Source: Zootoca vivipara (taxonomy: Eukaryota). Taken from it: a stretch of 64,000 nt of DNA. The stretch lies in assembly GCF_963506605.1 (NCBI RefSeq), contig NC_083288.1, positions 43,214,001 to 43,278,000 on the forward strand, read 5' to 3'. The translations under genes and the position numbers were made by a program. Shown piece by piece: positions 1-12,261 of this stretch (within the stretch, counting starts at the first letter, position 1; every line of letters starts with the position of its first letter). The notes under the pieces are model-generated. The model worked only from the letters and a program-made list of their open reading frames with translations. It was not told the origin of the DNA and made no database searches.

Positions 1-40
1 GTTTGTTTTCCTTAAGGTTTGAATGCAAAGCTCTTTCCAA

Positions 41-860
41 TTGCGTGCCGAGGCCCCCAGAAAATTCCTCCCAATAACTCAGACAGACACTTCATTTTTG
101 GTTTAGTTTTGGCATTATTTTGGCCACAACTTTATTTAAATTACAATTTTAAATTGAGTGTTGGCCATAGGCTTTGGTTAATCTTCTGCCCCACGGTGGG
201 ACAGGACCAGCTCCGACTTTCCTACGGTAGGAAAGTCAAGTACACACCTGATAGTGAGGAGATAGCTGTGTCCAGGCCGTCTCCCCACCAGAGATGTTCC
301 CCAAGTCTCATGCTCTGTATTGTCCCCAGCCCCGCACCATTGCGGGTGTGTAAGGACGAGAGCCCCGAAGCCCCAGGATTCCTTTAACAGAATACTTCTA
401 TAAGAGCATCCCCGAGGGACATGTACCTCCATGCGATACCCCTCCAAAATTTATCAACCAAAGCCTAACCGCCAACCTAACAAGTTGTGACAATTTGCTA
501 AGCAGTAGGCAAAAACCAAATGGCAACAGCCAATCAGCCAGATGGCAAAATTCCTACTGGGCCCCCGAATACAGGCAACCCCATAAGGCAAAGCAAGGTC
601 ACTCTAAACCTGCAAAAGAAAAGGAGGTGGGCGGGAGGGAGATTCAATCACCAAGCAAGATTATGGCTGGATTCTAAGACGCTGAGATTTAAGCACTCGC
701 CCTGTCAATCAAAGTATTGCTACATGCATTTTACCCCAGCAACACTCAGCCCTCCAATTGCCTCGGCTCCCTTACTTTAGACCCACCCCTAATCACACAC
801 ACAAACTTTTCTGCTAGGCCCTTCCGCAACACTCATTATTCCCTATAGGGGTTAATGAGC
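41..860 (-). mobile_element. LTR-like repeat, copy 1 of a five-copy family (possibly Ngaro/DIRS terminal repeat); right boundary approximate
   Basis: Reverse complement has the family core TTTTGCCTAC..TAGCAAATTGTCACAAC..TTGGCGGTTAGGC and the terminus GGCACGCAA, shared with copies at 32.1, 52.0, 53.6 and 59.6 kb. Confidence 0.6.
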
Positions 861-1165
861 TTTAGCTTATTGGGAATTGAAATGTGCAGGTAATGTCCAA
901 CCAAATCAAAGTGTGGAACAGCCTAAACTTGAGCAATGGGAGCAGTGGTGGCCCCTACCATCTCAACTTTCAGGGGCACCCTTGCTGACACCAAGATCCA
1001 GCGCCCCCCACCTCTCACCTTCTGTTGGACTTCATGGTTGTGGTTTCTGCTACAGTGCCACAGAAGCTTCACACCCAGTGTGACCAAACTGTGTGACCAA
1101 GCCAACAGTTTGACTGCTCACTCAAGAAGAATATTAACAACAGATTATGCCACTGCAATAAGCCT

Positions 1166-1306
1166 NNNNNNNNNNNNNNNNNNNNNNNNNNNNNNNNNNN
1201 NNNNNNNNNNNNNNNNNNNNNNNNNNNNNNNNNNNNNNNNNNNNNNNNNNNNNNNNNNNNNNNNNNNNNNNNNNNNNNNNNNNNNNNNNNNNNNNNNNNN
1301 NNNNNN
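1166..1306. other. Assembly gap (N run)
   Basis: 141 N. Confidence 0.99.
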
Positions 1307-1521
1307 TATCACTACCCAAAAGAGTCTCAAAGTGGTTAACATTCTCCTTTCCCTTCCTCCCCCACAACAAACACCCTGTGAGGTGAGTGAGGCTGAGAGA
1401 CTTCAGAGAAGTGTGACTAGCCTAAGGTGACCCAGCAGCTGCATATGAAGGAGCGGAGACGCGAACCCGGTTCCCCAGATTACGAGTCTACCGCTCTTAC
1501 CCACTACACCACACTGGCTCT
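1307..1521 (-). mobile_element. tRNA-derived SINE (squamate, MIR/Squam-like)
   Basis: Minus strand begins GAGAGCCAGTGTGGTGTAGTGG (A box) then GGTTCGCGTC (B box); tail runs into the gap. Confidence 0.7.
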
Positions 1522-2019
1522 CCACCACACTTAAAAGGTTAGCTGAAGCTGCTGTTGCTGGCGTAGGTTTAAAAAGCACTTTGCAGCTTGGGACAGGGTA
1601 AAAGGACATTTTTATTTTTATTTTTATTTTTCTTATCCTTATCCTTATCCTTACCCTAACCCTTCATAATATGTCCCACCTTTCCCCGAGTCTGGGACTC
1701 AATGTGTGGCTTACACACATAAAGTAGAACAAGCTAAAGACATAGAAAAGAGAACCATTAAAATGCAATTAAACCACAATAGAATTAAAATAACATTAAA
1801 AGATCCATTTGAAATTGACCCCTTATATGTTGAACTAATCACTACACTGTGCAAGAGAGATTCTCCTGCATCGACCATCTCATCAGGTGGTCCTTTCCTT
1901 TGAAATGGAGCTCTTACAAAATGGACCTGGGCCATTCTGCAAGCAAAGCAGGTTCATTATATGTGGGTGTTAGATTTTCTCTCTAGTTTTGTGGGACACA
2001 AGAGAGGACAGAAGAGCTT

Positions 2020-2327
2020 TGTCTAGAGGGGTAAAACATGATTTCCTCAATGTTTCTATTACACATAATGCCAACTAGCTTGCAATGCACCAGGGACTAT
2101 GAACCATAAAATTATCTCAAGGCGCTGTGATTCAGCCTTCCTCTGGCAATAGCCACATAGCATTTTGGTGTCAACAAGCATATGCCAGAGTGAACTTCAG
2201 AATGTTTATAAAGACTACCCAGTTCCAATCAGAACTGATCTTCCACTTGTACCAACAGCCTGAGGTGCTCATAGCAACAGATTTCAGTGGAGGATGATAA
2301 TGAGTTTAGACTGAAACAGGTGCCTTA
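2020..2327 (+). promoter_or_regulatory. Putative proximal promoter of V2R G1
   Basis: TATAAA 2207-2212 plus CATATG and CAGGTG E-boxes, alignable to the same region of G2-G4. Confidence 0.5.
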
Positions 2328-2357
2328 ATGTTAAGAAGAATAGACTTTCATCTCAGG

Positions 2358-2575
2358 ATGGTAGAGGTACTCTTGTTGCTGCTACCTGTCATGTTCCCTC
2401 TATTTTCAGAACATCTTGCTTTGCATTGTGTGACTGACCCCATCCATGTCCAACACCAATATTATCAGCCTGGGCACTTCATCATTGGCTGTATCACTTC
2501 ACAGCTATTCTCACCCTCCCTCACTCCCCTATACTTCAGGAAGAAGCCGAATGAAATGCTTGCTGATGAATATGC
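2358..2575 (+). CDS. V2R G1 exon 1 (signal peptide, start of Venus flytrap); in-frame upstream ATG at 2328
   Basis: MVEVLLLLLPVMFPL...YYQPGHFIIG; phase-2 donor GC|GTAAG. Confidence 0.9.
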
Positions 2576-3402
2576 GTAAGAAGATTTTTCATCCTCTGGG
2601 TAAAAAATGTCCCAAGTAGGGGAAATACTAGATAACAGAAGCAACACTATGTTCAAGAAGCAATCTGCTCGTTGTGGCAGGTGCTCAATGAAACTTGTAA
2701 GATGGAAGGCAGGGAGACCAACAGTAGGTGGAGTTGGAGTCAAGAAGGAGAAGATCCACCCCTGAACTGGTTGTAAATAGAGGGGGCGGCGGCTTTGATT
2801 TCATTCACAATTAAAAACAGCCTAGCTCTTTCACAACTGCTGGAACAATAGGGGAACTGTAAAGAGCTATCCCTTCAAATTCACTCTTTCCTGAATTCCG
2901 CAATGCAGTTTTCCATCAAAGTAGTGTGTACAAAAATGCAAATAATAGGATGAAAGGTCACTATGAATACATATATTGTTACAGACGGCATACAAAAATG
3001 TGTTGCAAAACTGTGTCTTTTACACAAAATTTCATAAAATCATGAGTATGTTAGGTGGAATTTACAATGAAACATATATTTTCATATATAAGCCTCTTGA
3101 ACAGAAAAGGATGACAAGTGGGGAAATCCATGAACTAATCCCCATGGGTGCATTAGCAATATTTTAGTAGGTTTACTCTTTATATACAGTACTGAACATC
3201 ATATTCTTGCATTCTTTATATATTTGCCTCGCTGATTCTGTGCAGTGCAAAGCAAATATTTAATGGAATTGAAACTCCCTTCTCTTCCATACTAAATAAA
3301 TATACAGATATGATGATGGACAGTGTGGATTAGTCTGCAGATTATATACCAGCAGAAGCAGGAAAGCCCATTATACGCATTATCTTTTTTCTCTTGCTTC
3401 AG

Positions 3403-3694
3403 CGCCGTTCCAAAGAACTACCAGCATGCCCTGTCCTTAGTCTTTGCTGTGAAGGAAGTCAATAAGAACTCCAAGATTTTACTAAACATCACTCTGGGAT
3501 TCCAGATCTATGACAGCTACTTCAATGCAAGGATGACTTATCAGAATACTTTGAATCTTGTCTCTAGCCATGAGAAGACTGTTCCCAACTACAAGTGTGG
3601 CGCTGAGAAGAACCTGATAGCTGTCATTGGGGGTCTTGACTCTGAAACGTCAATCTACATGGATTCCATCTTAAGCTGCTACAAGATTCCACAG
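3403..3694 (+). CDS. V2R G1 exon 2
   Basis: CAG| acceptor, 292 nt, KNYQHALSLVFAVKEVN..NITLGFQIYDS..PNYKC..YKIPQ|GT. Confidence 0.95.
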
Positions 3695-4425
3695 GTGACA
3701 TGATTCTAAATGGGTTGAAGCATTCGCAACTGGGGCATGTTTTATTATTGTATATTCCCAGGCTTTGGGTTGTGAGTGAAGGAAGAAATGTGTGTGAAGG
3801 GAGAAAAGGATTCGTTACAAAAACAAAGCTGGTGCACTCGCTTTAGAGTGGGGAAGAGTCACCAGTTGCAGCAAGTAGGATAATATTTTGGCTTCGCAGA
3901 AAAGCTTCTGATAAAAGCAGGAGGCGCTTGATGTCAAACTTTTTTTTGGTTGTTTCAATTAATCTCATGGTGGAATTGGTTTATATGGTTTATTTTCCAG
4001 TATAAGGTCCAAGTGGAAAACAGGAGAATGAGTGTAATATAAAACTCTCAGAGTGTCCCTGGACCTAGTATCAGATGTATGTGCAACTTCTCATCACACT
4101 TGGAAGGTTCAACAGACGTTCTTAAGAATACAATTATCAATTAGGATTGGGCTAAGCGATCCTGAGCCCCATTGCTTTGTAGGATAGTGTTTCTCAAATC
4201 GTACTTGCCCTTAGCTTACAGTCCATATGTCAGAGTCCAAAAGCTAAAAAATAGGATGAAGGAGAAGGATAATAAGCAGCCTCTGGCACTGGGCCTTGAT
4301 GTTAAAAGTTCTTAAAATGACCAACTTGAACAGAAACAGAGACGTAAATTACAAGGAGCTAAACAGAACTTCTGTCTCTGAATGACCTTGATCCCCTTCT
4401 CTCTCTCTCCTCTGTTCATGTCTAG

Positions 4426-5259
4426 GTCACCTATTCTGCAGCAGTGAGTGCAAAACAACATATTTCTTCCTTATACCAAATGGCCCCCAGTGAAGCAGAT
4501 CAATACAATGGGATTGTTCGGCTTCTTCTGTATTTCCAATGGATGTGGGTTGGGGTCTTTGTTACAGCTGACAATAAAGGAGAAATGTTTGTGAAGACAC
4601 TGACACACCAGTTTTCCTTGAATGAAATCTGTGCAGCCAGCATTGAAAGATTGCCAAGTGCCAGTCATTTTTTCAACATTTTTGAGGTGATGGAGAAATG
4701 TCAGGGAGTGGCCATTTCCCTGAGCAAAATCAATGTCAATGTGTTTGTTGTAAATGCAGACACTTACACCATGAAATTTTTGCAGTGGATTCTAATAGCG
4801 GGTGTAATGTCTGGTGTGGCAATAAACAAGGTCTGGGTTATGACGGCCGACTGGGATTTCTCATCAGAAACATTTCACAGAGATCTAGATATACAAAACT
4901 TCCACGGTGCCTTATCCTTTGCCATTCATTCCAGTGAGGTTAAGGGGTTCCACAGTTTCCTCCTGAACCTAAATCCCCACTCTGAGGCCGATGGCTTTAT
5001 CAGGTTCTTCTGGGAACAGGCATTTGGTTGCCAATTTCTAGATGTGGAGACAGAGGAGGAATCCTGCAGTGGTGAGGAGAAGCTGGAGAGCCTTCCTGGG
5101 GCTTTTTTTGAAATGCAGATGACCAGCCAAAGCTACAGCATCTACAATGCCGTCTATGCTGTGGCGCATGCTTTACATGCCATGTTTGCATCCAGAACCA
5201 AACAGAGAGAGGTGGTACTTGGTGACTATCTGAGACCTCAAAAGCCACACCATTTCCAG
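4426..5259 (+). CDS. V2R G1 exon 3
   Basis: TAG|VTYS..LYQMAP..WMWVG..FHGALSF..FWEQAFGC..SYSIYNAVYAVAHALH..FQ|GT, 834 nt. Confidence 0.95.
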
Positions 5260-5699
5260 GTAATGTTTAATAGGGAAAGCAATTCTTTCTTTCTTTTAAT
5301 GAAAAGCCTATGCGCAAGACGAAGGCATTGAGAGTGCACACACACACTTCCACATCCATAGGGGTTGTTGCTTTCTCATTAGCTCTTTATATCTGAAATG
5401 ACTTACATCTTATATGCATTTATTATTATTGGGTCTCAACACAAAGTTCCGTTATAATAAGCTGCAAAAATATATTGCTCATAAAGATTTCATCTCTTCA
5501 CATACTAAATAATATTTGACAAATACAATCATCCAGACACTGTCAATAAATGTGTCAGATTGTAAAGAGCACAACCATATACAATGTCCCAAATCTTAAT
5601 TCATTTCCTTCCAGCATGCTTGAGTGTCCCTGCAGGTAAGGCTTTGTGCTCTATCATCCCATTTCGATCCAATCTACCTTTCACCCTCTTCCTCTGTAG

Positions 5700-5927
5700 C
5701 TTCAGTCTTTCCTGAGGAGTATTTCGTTTAACAACAGTGCTGGGGACATTGTGTCTTTTAATGAGAACGGTGAACTAGAAAATGGATTTGATATTATCAA
5801 CTGGTTGACTTTCCCAAATAAGTCCTTCTTACGAGTCAAAGTTGGGAAAATGGATTCTCAAGCTCCACTCGGCAGAGATTTCTCCATTAATGAAAAGATC
5901 ATTAGATGGCACCAGAGTTTTAACCAG
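5700..5927 (+). CDS. V2R G1 exon 4
   Basis: 228 nt, LQSFLRSISFNNSAG..FDIINW..RVKVG..FNQ|GT. Confidence 0.95.
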
Positions 5928-6171
5928 GTCTGTTTTAACTTCTAATGTCTATAGTTAGATATTTTGATCATTTTAAAAACCTGGTACATAAATTGTTGTT
6001 TGCTTCATTGAGGCTTCTCATGGTTAGGGATGGGTTGTGAACATGCCACTGTACTGCTTCTGGAACCCAAGGTTACCTAATATTGGCCAATGGAGGGCAG
6101 TTAGTGTGGTGGGTGTAGGGACAATATTAGTTCAGTGGAAAGATCTTTAAACTGCAATCTACTTATGAGAA

Positions 6172-6525
6172 GGGACCCAGGTGGCGCTGTGGGTTAAATC
6201 ATAGAGCCTAGGGCTTGCTGATCAGAAGGTCGGCGGTTCGAATCCCTGCGACGGGATGAGCGCCCGTTGCTCATTCCCAGCTCCTGCCAACCTAGCAGTT
6301 CAAAAGCACGTCAAAGTGCAAGTAGATAAATAGGTACTGCTCCAAGCGGGAAGGTAAACGGCATTTCCGTGCGCTGCTCTGGTTCGCCAGAAGCAGCTTT
6401 GTCATGCTGGCCACATGACCGGGAAGCTGTATGCCGGCTCCCTCGGCCAATAAAGTGAGATGAGCGCCGCAACCCCAGAGTCGGTCACGACTGGACCTAA
6501 TGGTCAGCGGTCCCTTTACCTTTAC
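6172..6525 (+). mobile_element. Sauria SINE
   Basis: GGGACCCAGGTGGCGCTGTGGGTTAAA head, GGTTCGAATCC B box, CCTTTACCTTTA tail. Confidence 0.9.
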
Positions 6526-7132
6526 TTATCAGTAGACAGTGGTCTGCCACTCTGACTTCATTCCATATATTTCTGTAGGCCCCCTTTTGAGATGATTTTA
6601 TAAATGTGAATAAATGTTTTTGAACTAGAAGACACCAATGATTTTATGCAGGTGGCTGCCAGAAAACCATTGCAGCTTTTTAATTTTTATTGAACAGGCC
6701 TGCAACATACTAACAGCACAAGACTTTGAACTTTAACAATTGCACTCCGATCTCAACAGTGGTCACAGAAATAATTTCAACTCTTACTCTGCACAGATTT
6801 TGTTTTCCATAACTTGTTCATACATATACACGATTCCTATCTGAAATCTATTTTACTAGTCTTAATATGCCTCAGGGGTTAACCAGAAAGAGCATCTGAT
6901 ACATCAATGACATTTATGTTCCACTGCAATGGAATTCAGGTAAATCAGCTCATTCCTACTCATTTGGATACACAGACAAGTTACCTCAACCAAAACTGCA
7001 TTAAGAATTTATTAGATTCATAACAGTCTCATGGACAAAAAGCCACCTCATTTCAGTGGAACACCTAGTTGAGTCAAAGAAAAAAATGAGAAGAAAATGG
7101 AATACATATTCTATTGTCCGCTTTTTAAATAG

Positions 7133-7259
7133 GTTGTGCCCCTCGCCCTGTGTAATAACCACTGCCACCCAGGTTACAGCAGACAAAGGAAAGAGGGGGA
7201 GCCATTTTGTTGCTATGATTGTGTTCCATGTCCAGAAGGGAAGATTTCAAACCAGACAG
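7133..7259 (+). CDS. V2R G1 exon 5 (cysteine-rich domain)
   Basis: 127 nt, [31 protein letters not shown], phase-1 donor. Confidence 0.95.
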
Positions 7260-7584
7260 GTAGGGGGCATCATTCTATTGCATAATTCTTATTGAAAACA
7301 TCTGTTTGTTTGTTTTTAAAAGAAATATCCGATGGAGTTTACTATACTGAGAGCATTGGAAGAGGAATCCTTTAAAAGAAAGAAAGAAATGGGTATTTTA
7401 GTATTAAAAATATAATTTAAAACCTACCAAAATCTATTCTGTTTCTTTCCCACCAATCAGTTTCTGGACACGAGTCCAATATGGTGTGGAGGTATATAGC
7501 AGTGGAACAGACCCACTGACAGACCCACTTTGTCAGACCCAATTTTTCCCATATTGGAAATAACAACCGACTCTTTTTATATAG

Positions 7585-8486
7585 ATATGAATGACTGCTT
7601 CCAGTGCCAAGAAGATCAGTATCCTAACCAAGAGAGAAACCAGTGCATCCCCAAGAAAGAAAACTTCTTATCTTATGAAGCACCTTTAGGCATCAGTTTG
7701 GCTCTTCTGGCTCTGGCTTTTTCTGCAACTACAGCTTTGGTGTTTGGAATCTTCATCAAACATCAAAAGACTCCCATTGTCAAAGCCAACAACCGGAATC
7801 TCACCTACACCCTGCTCATCTCCCTCCTGCTCTGCTTCCTCTGCTCCTTGCTATTCATTGGCCAGCCTCAGATCCCAACCTGCTATTTACGACAAACTGC
7901 TTTTGGTATCATCTTCTCAGTGGCTGTTTCTTCTGTTTTGGCTAAAACCCTCACTGTGGTTCTGGCTTTCATGGCTACCAAGCCAGGATCCAAGATGAGG
8001 AAATGGGTGGGGAAAAGATTTTCAACCTCTATTGTTCTTGGTTGTGCTTCTGTCCAGGCAAGTATTTGTATAGTATGGCTCTGTACTGACCCTCCTTTTC
8101 CGGATGTGGACATGCACTCTCTGCCTGAAGAAGTCATAGTGGAATGCAATGAAGGTTCAGCCAACATGTTCTACTATCTTCTTGGTTACATGGGATTGCT
8201 GGCTCTTGTCAGCTTTGTTGTGGCTTTCTTTGCTCGGAAGCTGCCAGACACTTTTAATGAAGCCAAATTTATCACTTTCAGCATGTTGGTGTTTTGCAGT
8301 GTGTGGCTTTCTTTTGTTCCAACCTACTTAAGCACCAAAGGGAAGTACATGGTGGCTGTGGAGATCTTCTCCATATTGGCCTCCAGTGCTGGGACCTTGG
8401 GTTGTATCTTCTTCCCCAAATGCTATATTATTGTCTTCAAGCCTGAACTCAACTCAAAAGAGCAGCTAAAAAAGAGAAATAAGTAA
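7585..8486 (+). CDS. V2R G1 exon 6 (end of CRD, 7TM, C-tail)
   Basis: TAG|ATATG; [31 protein letters not shown] class C motifs; TAA stop. Confidence 0.97.
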
Positions 8487-8699
8487 CAGTCTAACTGTTG
8501 AAATCATATAGTGGATACTTCTTAAAATGTTTTAAGGTTTGTGTGTTTATGAAGGGTTCAGCTTTCAGGTTCTCTTTATATAAATGTTGCTTACTACCAG
8601 AAATTCATTTGTCAAAATATGGAAAACCTTGCTGTACTTGCAATAAAAATATGTTTAGCTGAAAAATTCGCTCATAAATAATGTGTTGCCAATTCTCTG

Positions 8700-9415
8700 G
8701 CAAAGCCCCCTTGAAAGACTGAGAGCCTGACTTTTTGAAATAGCATGTGGGATTGAAATAATAATTTATTATTGTTATGACTATGGTGTAACTATGGAGC
8801 TGACTGTGTGAAATTGGTCTACGGTTTTGGCAATCACTTTCAATGGAATGATAAAAGTATTTATGGGGGGAGTAAAGATGCTCTTGCTGAAATATCAGTT
8901 AATTAGTAGTTGGAATGAGATCAGAAGGGAAGTTTGGATATGTGCCCGGATCAAAATGGTGAAGGGTCAAGATCTCCCCTTTGTTTGCTTCAGTTGTGAT
9001 ACATCGTGAATCGACTCTGTGAAAACTAAAGTGAATGCCGCAGATGAAAATGATGGATTACAAAAGGAAAAAATAAAATAAAGAAGAAGAAACTCACTTC
9101 ACACAGAACATTAAAGGACTAAGCCGCTTGATAAATGAACTAAGAGGCTGTTAAAAATAAACGAAGGATTAATACCAGAAATGCTTTATTGAAACTTTTT
9201 GAACCACCAAGGAATGCAGTAGAATGGGAGATCATCACTCCTCAAATTTCAGAGCATGGGAATCATCCAAAAAGATATATAATTGGGCAGAAAATTGGGA
9301 TTTTTTTATTGTATTATACTTCGGAATATATTTACTGTGTTTTTTATTGGATTATTAAGCTGGAAAAGTTAATAAATATTATTTCTAATAAATAATTAAA
9401 CAAACAAACAAACAA
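8700..9415 (+). repeat. Unclassified insert (possibly L1-like 3' fragment) with (AAAC)n tail; second copy about 36470-36965
   Basis: 8870-9415 is near-identical to the G3 3' flank; flanked by a duplicated 3'-flank segment. Confidence 0.4.
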
Positions 9416-9857
9416 ATGTTTTAAGGTTTGTATGTTTGGGAAGGGTTTAGCTTTCAGGTTCCCTTGATATAGATGTTGCTTACTGCCAGAACTTCAGTTG
9501 TCAAATTATGGAAAACCTTGCAGTACTTGCAACTTGCTCCAGTATAAAAAATATGTGGAGTTTAGCACTAGCTGAAAAATTGGCTCATAAATAATGTGTT
9601 GCCAATTCCTTGATTATTGTGAAAAATTCTGTGCAGTATGGTGGGGTTTTTATCATGTACAGAACACAACAAATATAGACACAAAGGATTCCCTCTCCAT
9701 GAAATTTGGCCTTCCTAATGGTTTTAAGTACTCTACTTATCTAATTTAAATCTATTTCAGATAAATTTCTTATATGTATTTGCATTTGCACACCTATTAT
9801 TTTTATTGTATTGCTCTGCTTGATTTACTGCAATTCATTAATATAGAACATGTGACA

Positions 9858-10655
9858 GTAGAGATGTAAGAGACCTTAAGGTCATTCAGTCCCAACTCCT
9901 GAATGCAGGAATCTCAGCTAAGGCACCCATGACAGATGGGCATCCAAGCTCTGCTTTACAACCTCCAATGAAGATGAGTCCACTACTAACTGATGGAGTC
10001 CCTTCCACTGTCTGTCAACCTTTACTGACAGAAAGTTCTTCCTGATGTTTAGTCGTGGAATCTCCTTTCTTGTAACTTGAATCCATTGGTTTGGGTCCTA
10101 CCCTCCAGAGCAAGAGAAAACAAGCTTTCTTGAGACAGCCCTTGAGATATTTGAAATATAAACATTATATAAAGATATTAAACATATGGTGGCTAAACAT
10201 ATACAGCCCATTCAACTGTTTCTCCTAAGGCTTGGTTTCCAGACCCTTGATCATCTTGATTACCCTACTCTGTACACACTCCACCTTGTTAACATCCTTC
10301 TTCAATTGTGGTGTTCAGAATTGGACCAGTAGTCCAGGTGTGATCTGATCAAGGCAGAATAGAGTGGGACTATTACTTTCCTTGATTTTGGACCCTGATG
10401 CAGCCTAGAATAGAATTAGGTCTTTGTTTGCTATTGCATCATACTGTTGACTCATGTTGAACTTGTGGTCCACCAAGACCCCTAGATCCTTTCCCCATTT
10501 ACTGCTAGAAAGCCAGGTTTCCTCCATCTTATATTTGTGTGTCTGGTTTTTCTGCCTAAGTGCAGAACCTTATGTTTATCCTTATTGAAATTAATTTTTT
10601 AACTTGGTCCAAGTTCTCCAATGTGTTATGGTTATTTTGACTTCTGATTCTGATC
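9858..10655 (-). mobile_element. Old CR1 LINE 3' fragment
   Basis: Degenerate match to the young CR1 at 18.5-19.3 kb; paralogous copies at 24318-24533, 37413-37627, 50059-51350. Confidence 0.85.
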
Positions 10656-10682
10656 CTGTGAGAGCAACTGTCAAGTTTTACA

Positions 10683-10895
10683 ATGAGCAGGAGGATTATT
10701 CTGGTGCTTGTGTTGGTAGTGCTGTTCTCTCATATGGTGTGCAAATTCCATAATTTTAAGTGCATTGCAAATGATCCTGTTTATGTCCTGCATACATGGC
10801 ACCAGCCAGGTGAAATCTTTCTTGGTTGGATTATGTCTTTTATTATTGTTGACCTCAAGAGACACCACAACCCAGGAGCATGTTAATGTTCCATT
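10683..10895 (+). pseudogene. Orphan V2R exon 1 (G5-like subfamily), frameshifted
   Basis: MSRRIILVLVLVVLFSHMVCK..WHQPGEIFLG resembles G5 exon 1; 213 nt breaks the required phase 2; no downstream exons of its own. Confidence 0.85.
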
Positions 10896-11519
10896 GTAAA
10901 CCACTATTTCTCCCTCCTCCCTGAAATGTGCTCGGATTATATTTCATAAGTGATTCCAATTTTATCCCCGTCAAATGGTGTGTTTACTTTGAGGGAGCCC
11001 TGCCCCAGATTGAAAAGAACTTTCATCACCATCTCAAGTATCTTGCCCCCAAAGGGGCTATTTGTCACTGGGCACCCACGCTGCCTTGCCCGTGTGATCG
11101 GGGGTGCCTGGGCAGTGTGACGTCAGCAGGCCATGCGCACATGCCATGGGGTGTTCTGACATCACTTGCACACATTGTGGGGTGTGTTGACGTGTCATGC
11201 AGATGCCCCATGGCTTGCGCACGGGTCACGGCATGCTGACACAAACCACATGTTAACACTGGCCAAGTTCTCAGTGAGCTATTTCTTCCTTCCTTTGTTA
11301 GTCATGATGCTGGACCTGAAAACCTTTTCATGCAAGGCATTTTCTATACTTTGGAATATTTCCTTCTCTGGAGCATAATGGAACACAAGCCTTTCCATTT
11401 TCTCCTGGCTAATCCACTATTATTTGGATTATTATGGCCTGGCTAATCCACTATTATTTTCACACCCATTCAGATCTTCCTGAAACCAGGTGCTCTGCCC
11501 GATCTGCTAAGGAACAGAT

Positions 11520-11858
11520 AATATCTTCTCAAGGGGGAAAAACATATTTTCTTCGATGATTCTGCTGCACATGGTGCCACAGACCTTGCAATCCCTCCCC
11601 CGGGACTGTGTACCATGTTATTATCTTAACACACAGCAATTCATTCTTTCTCTAGCAATATCCATATGGAATTTTGAAGCCCATATGCCACAGAGAAACA
11701 GCAGAATGCTTATAAAAAACCAACCCAGTGCCAATGACATGGATTCTAACATTTACACACAGAGGCTAGAGCTGCCAAGGAAACAGAAGGTATGGTGACA
11801 TTGGGCATTTCAGACTGAAACAGGTGCTTTATTGTTAAGAGGAGAAGGTCATCTCAAG
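11520..11858 (+). promoter_or_regulatory. Putative proximal promoter of V2R G2
   Basis: O/E (EBF) consensus TCCCCCGGGA 11596-11605, CATATG, TATAAA 11711-11716, CAGGTG. Confidence 0.55.
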
Positions 11859-12076
11859 ATGTTATGCTTACCCTTCTGGACCTTACTCATGGTGTTCCCT
11901 CTATTTTTGACACGTTCCGCTTTGCATTGTGTGATTGACCTCTTCCACGCCCAACACCAGTATTACCAGCCGGGGCACTTTGTTATTGGTGGCATCACTT
12001 CACAGTTCTTCTCACCTGCCTTCACTTCAATAGACTTCAAGGAGAAGCCAAAGGAAACAACTGATGATGAATATGC
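11859..12076 (+). CDS. V2R G2 exon 1
   Basis: MLCLPFWTLLMVFPL..YYQPGHFVIGG..DEYA, donor GC|GTAAG. Confidence 0.92.
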
Positions 12077-12261
12077 GTAAGAACCCACAACATTTCCCAT
12101 TTCTGCTGCAGCCATATTTTATCCTAATGCACTTTTGTCCTACTCTGCCCTTCAGCTGTTGTGTCATAAATTTCATGCGGTTCTCCACAGAAAGGTCATA
12201 AGAACTAGCAAATGTAAGAAAGGCCCTGCTGGCTCTGGCCAAAGGACCATATGATCTACAC

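Noticed and set aside
936-1430. ORFs spanning N runs (also 13834-14040)
   Set aside because: Length is inflated by assembly gaps
7883-8331. Recurrent antisense and alternative-frame ORFs over exon 6
   Set aside because: Their recurrence is explained by near-identity of the paralogous exons
7530-8486. Stand-alone 299-318 aa 7TM ORFs (also 22930, 34674, 48843)
   Set aside because: These are exon 6 of spliced V2R genes; two of the listed starts are TTG, and splice phase fits exon 5
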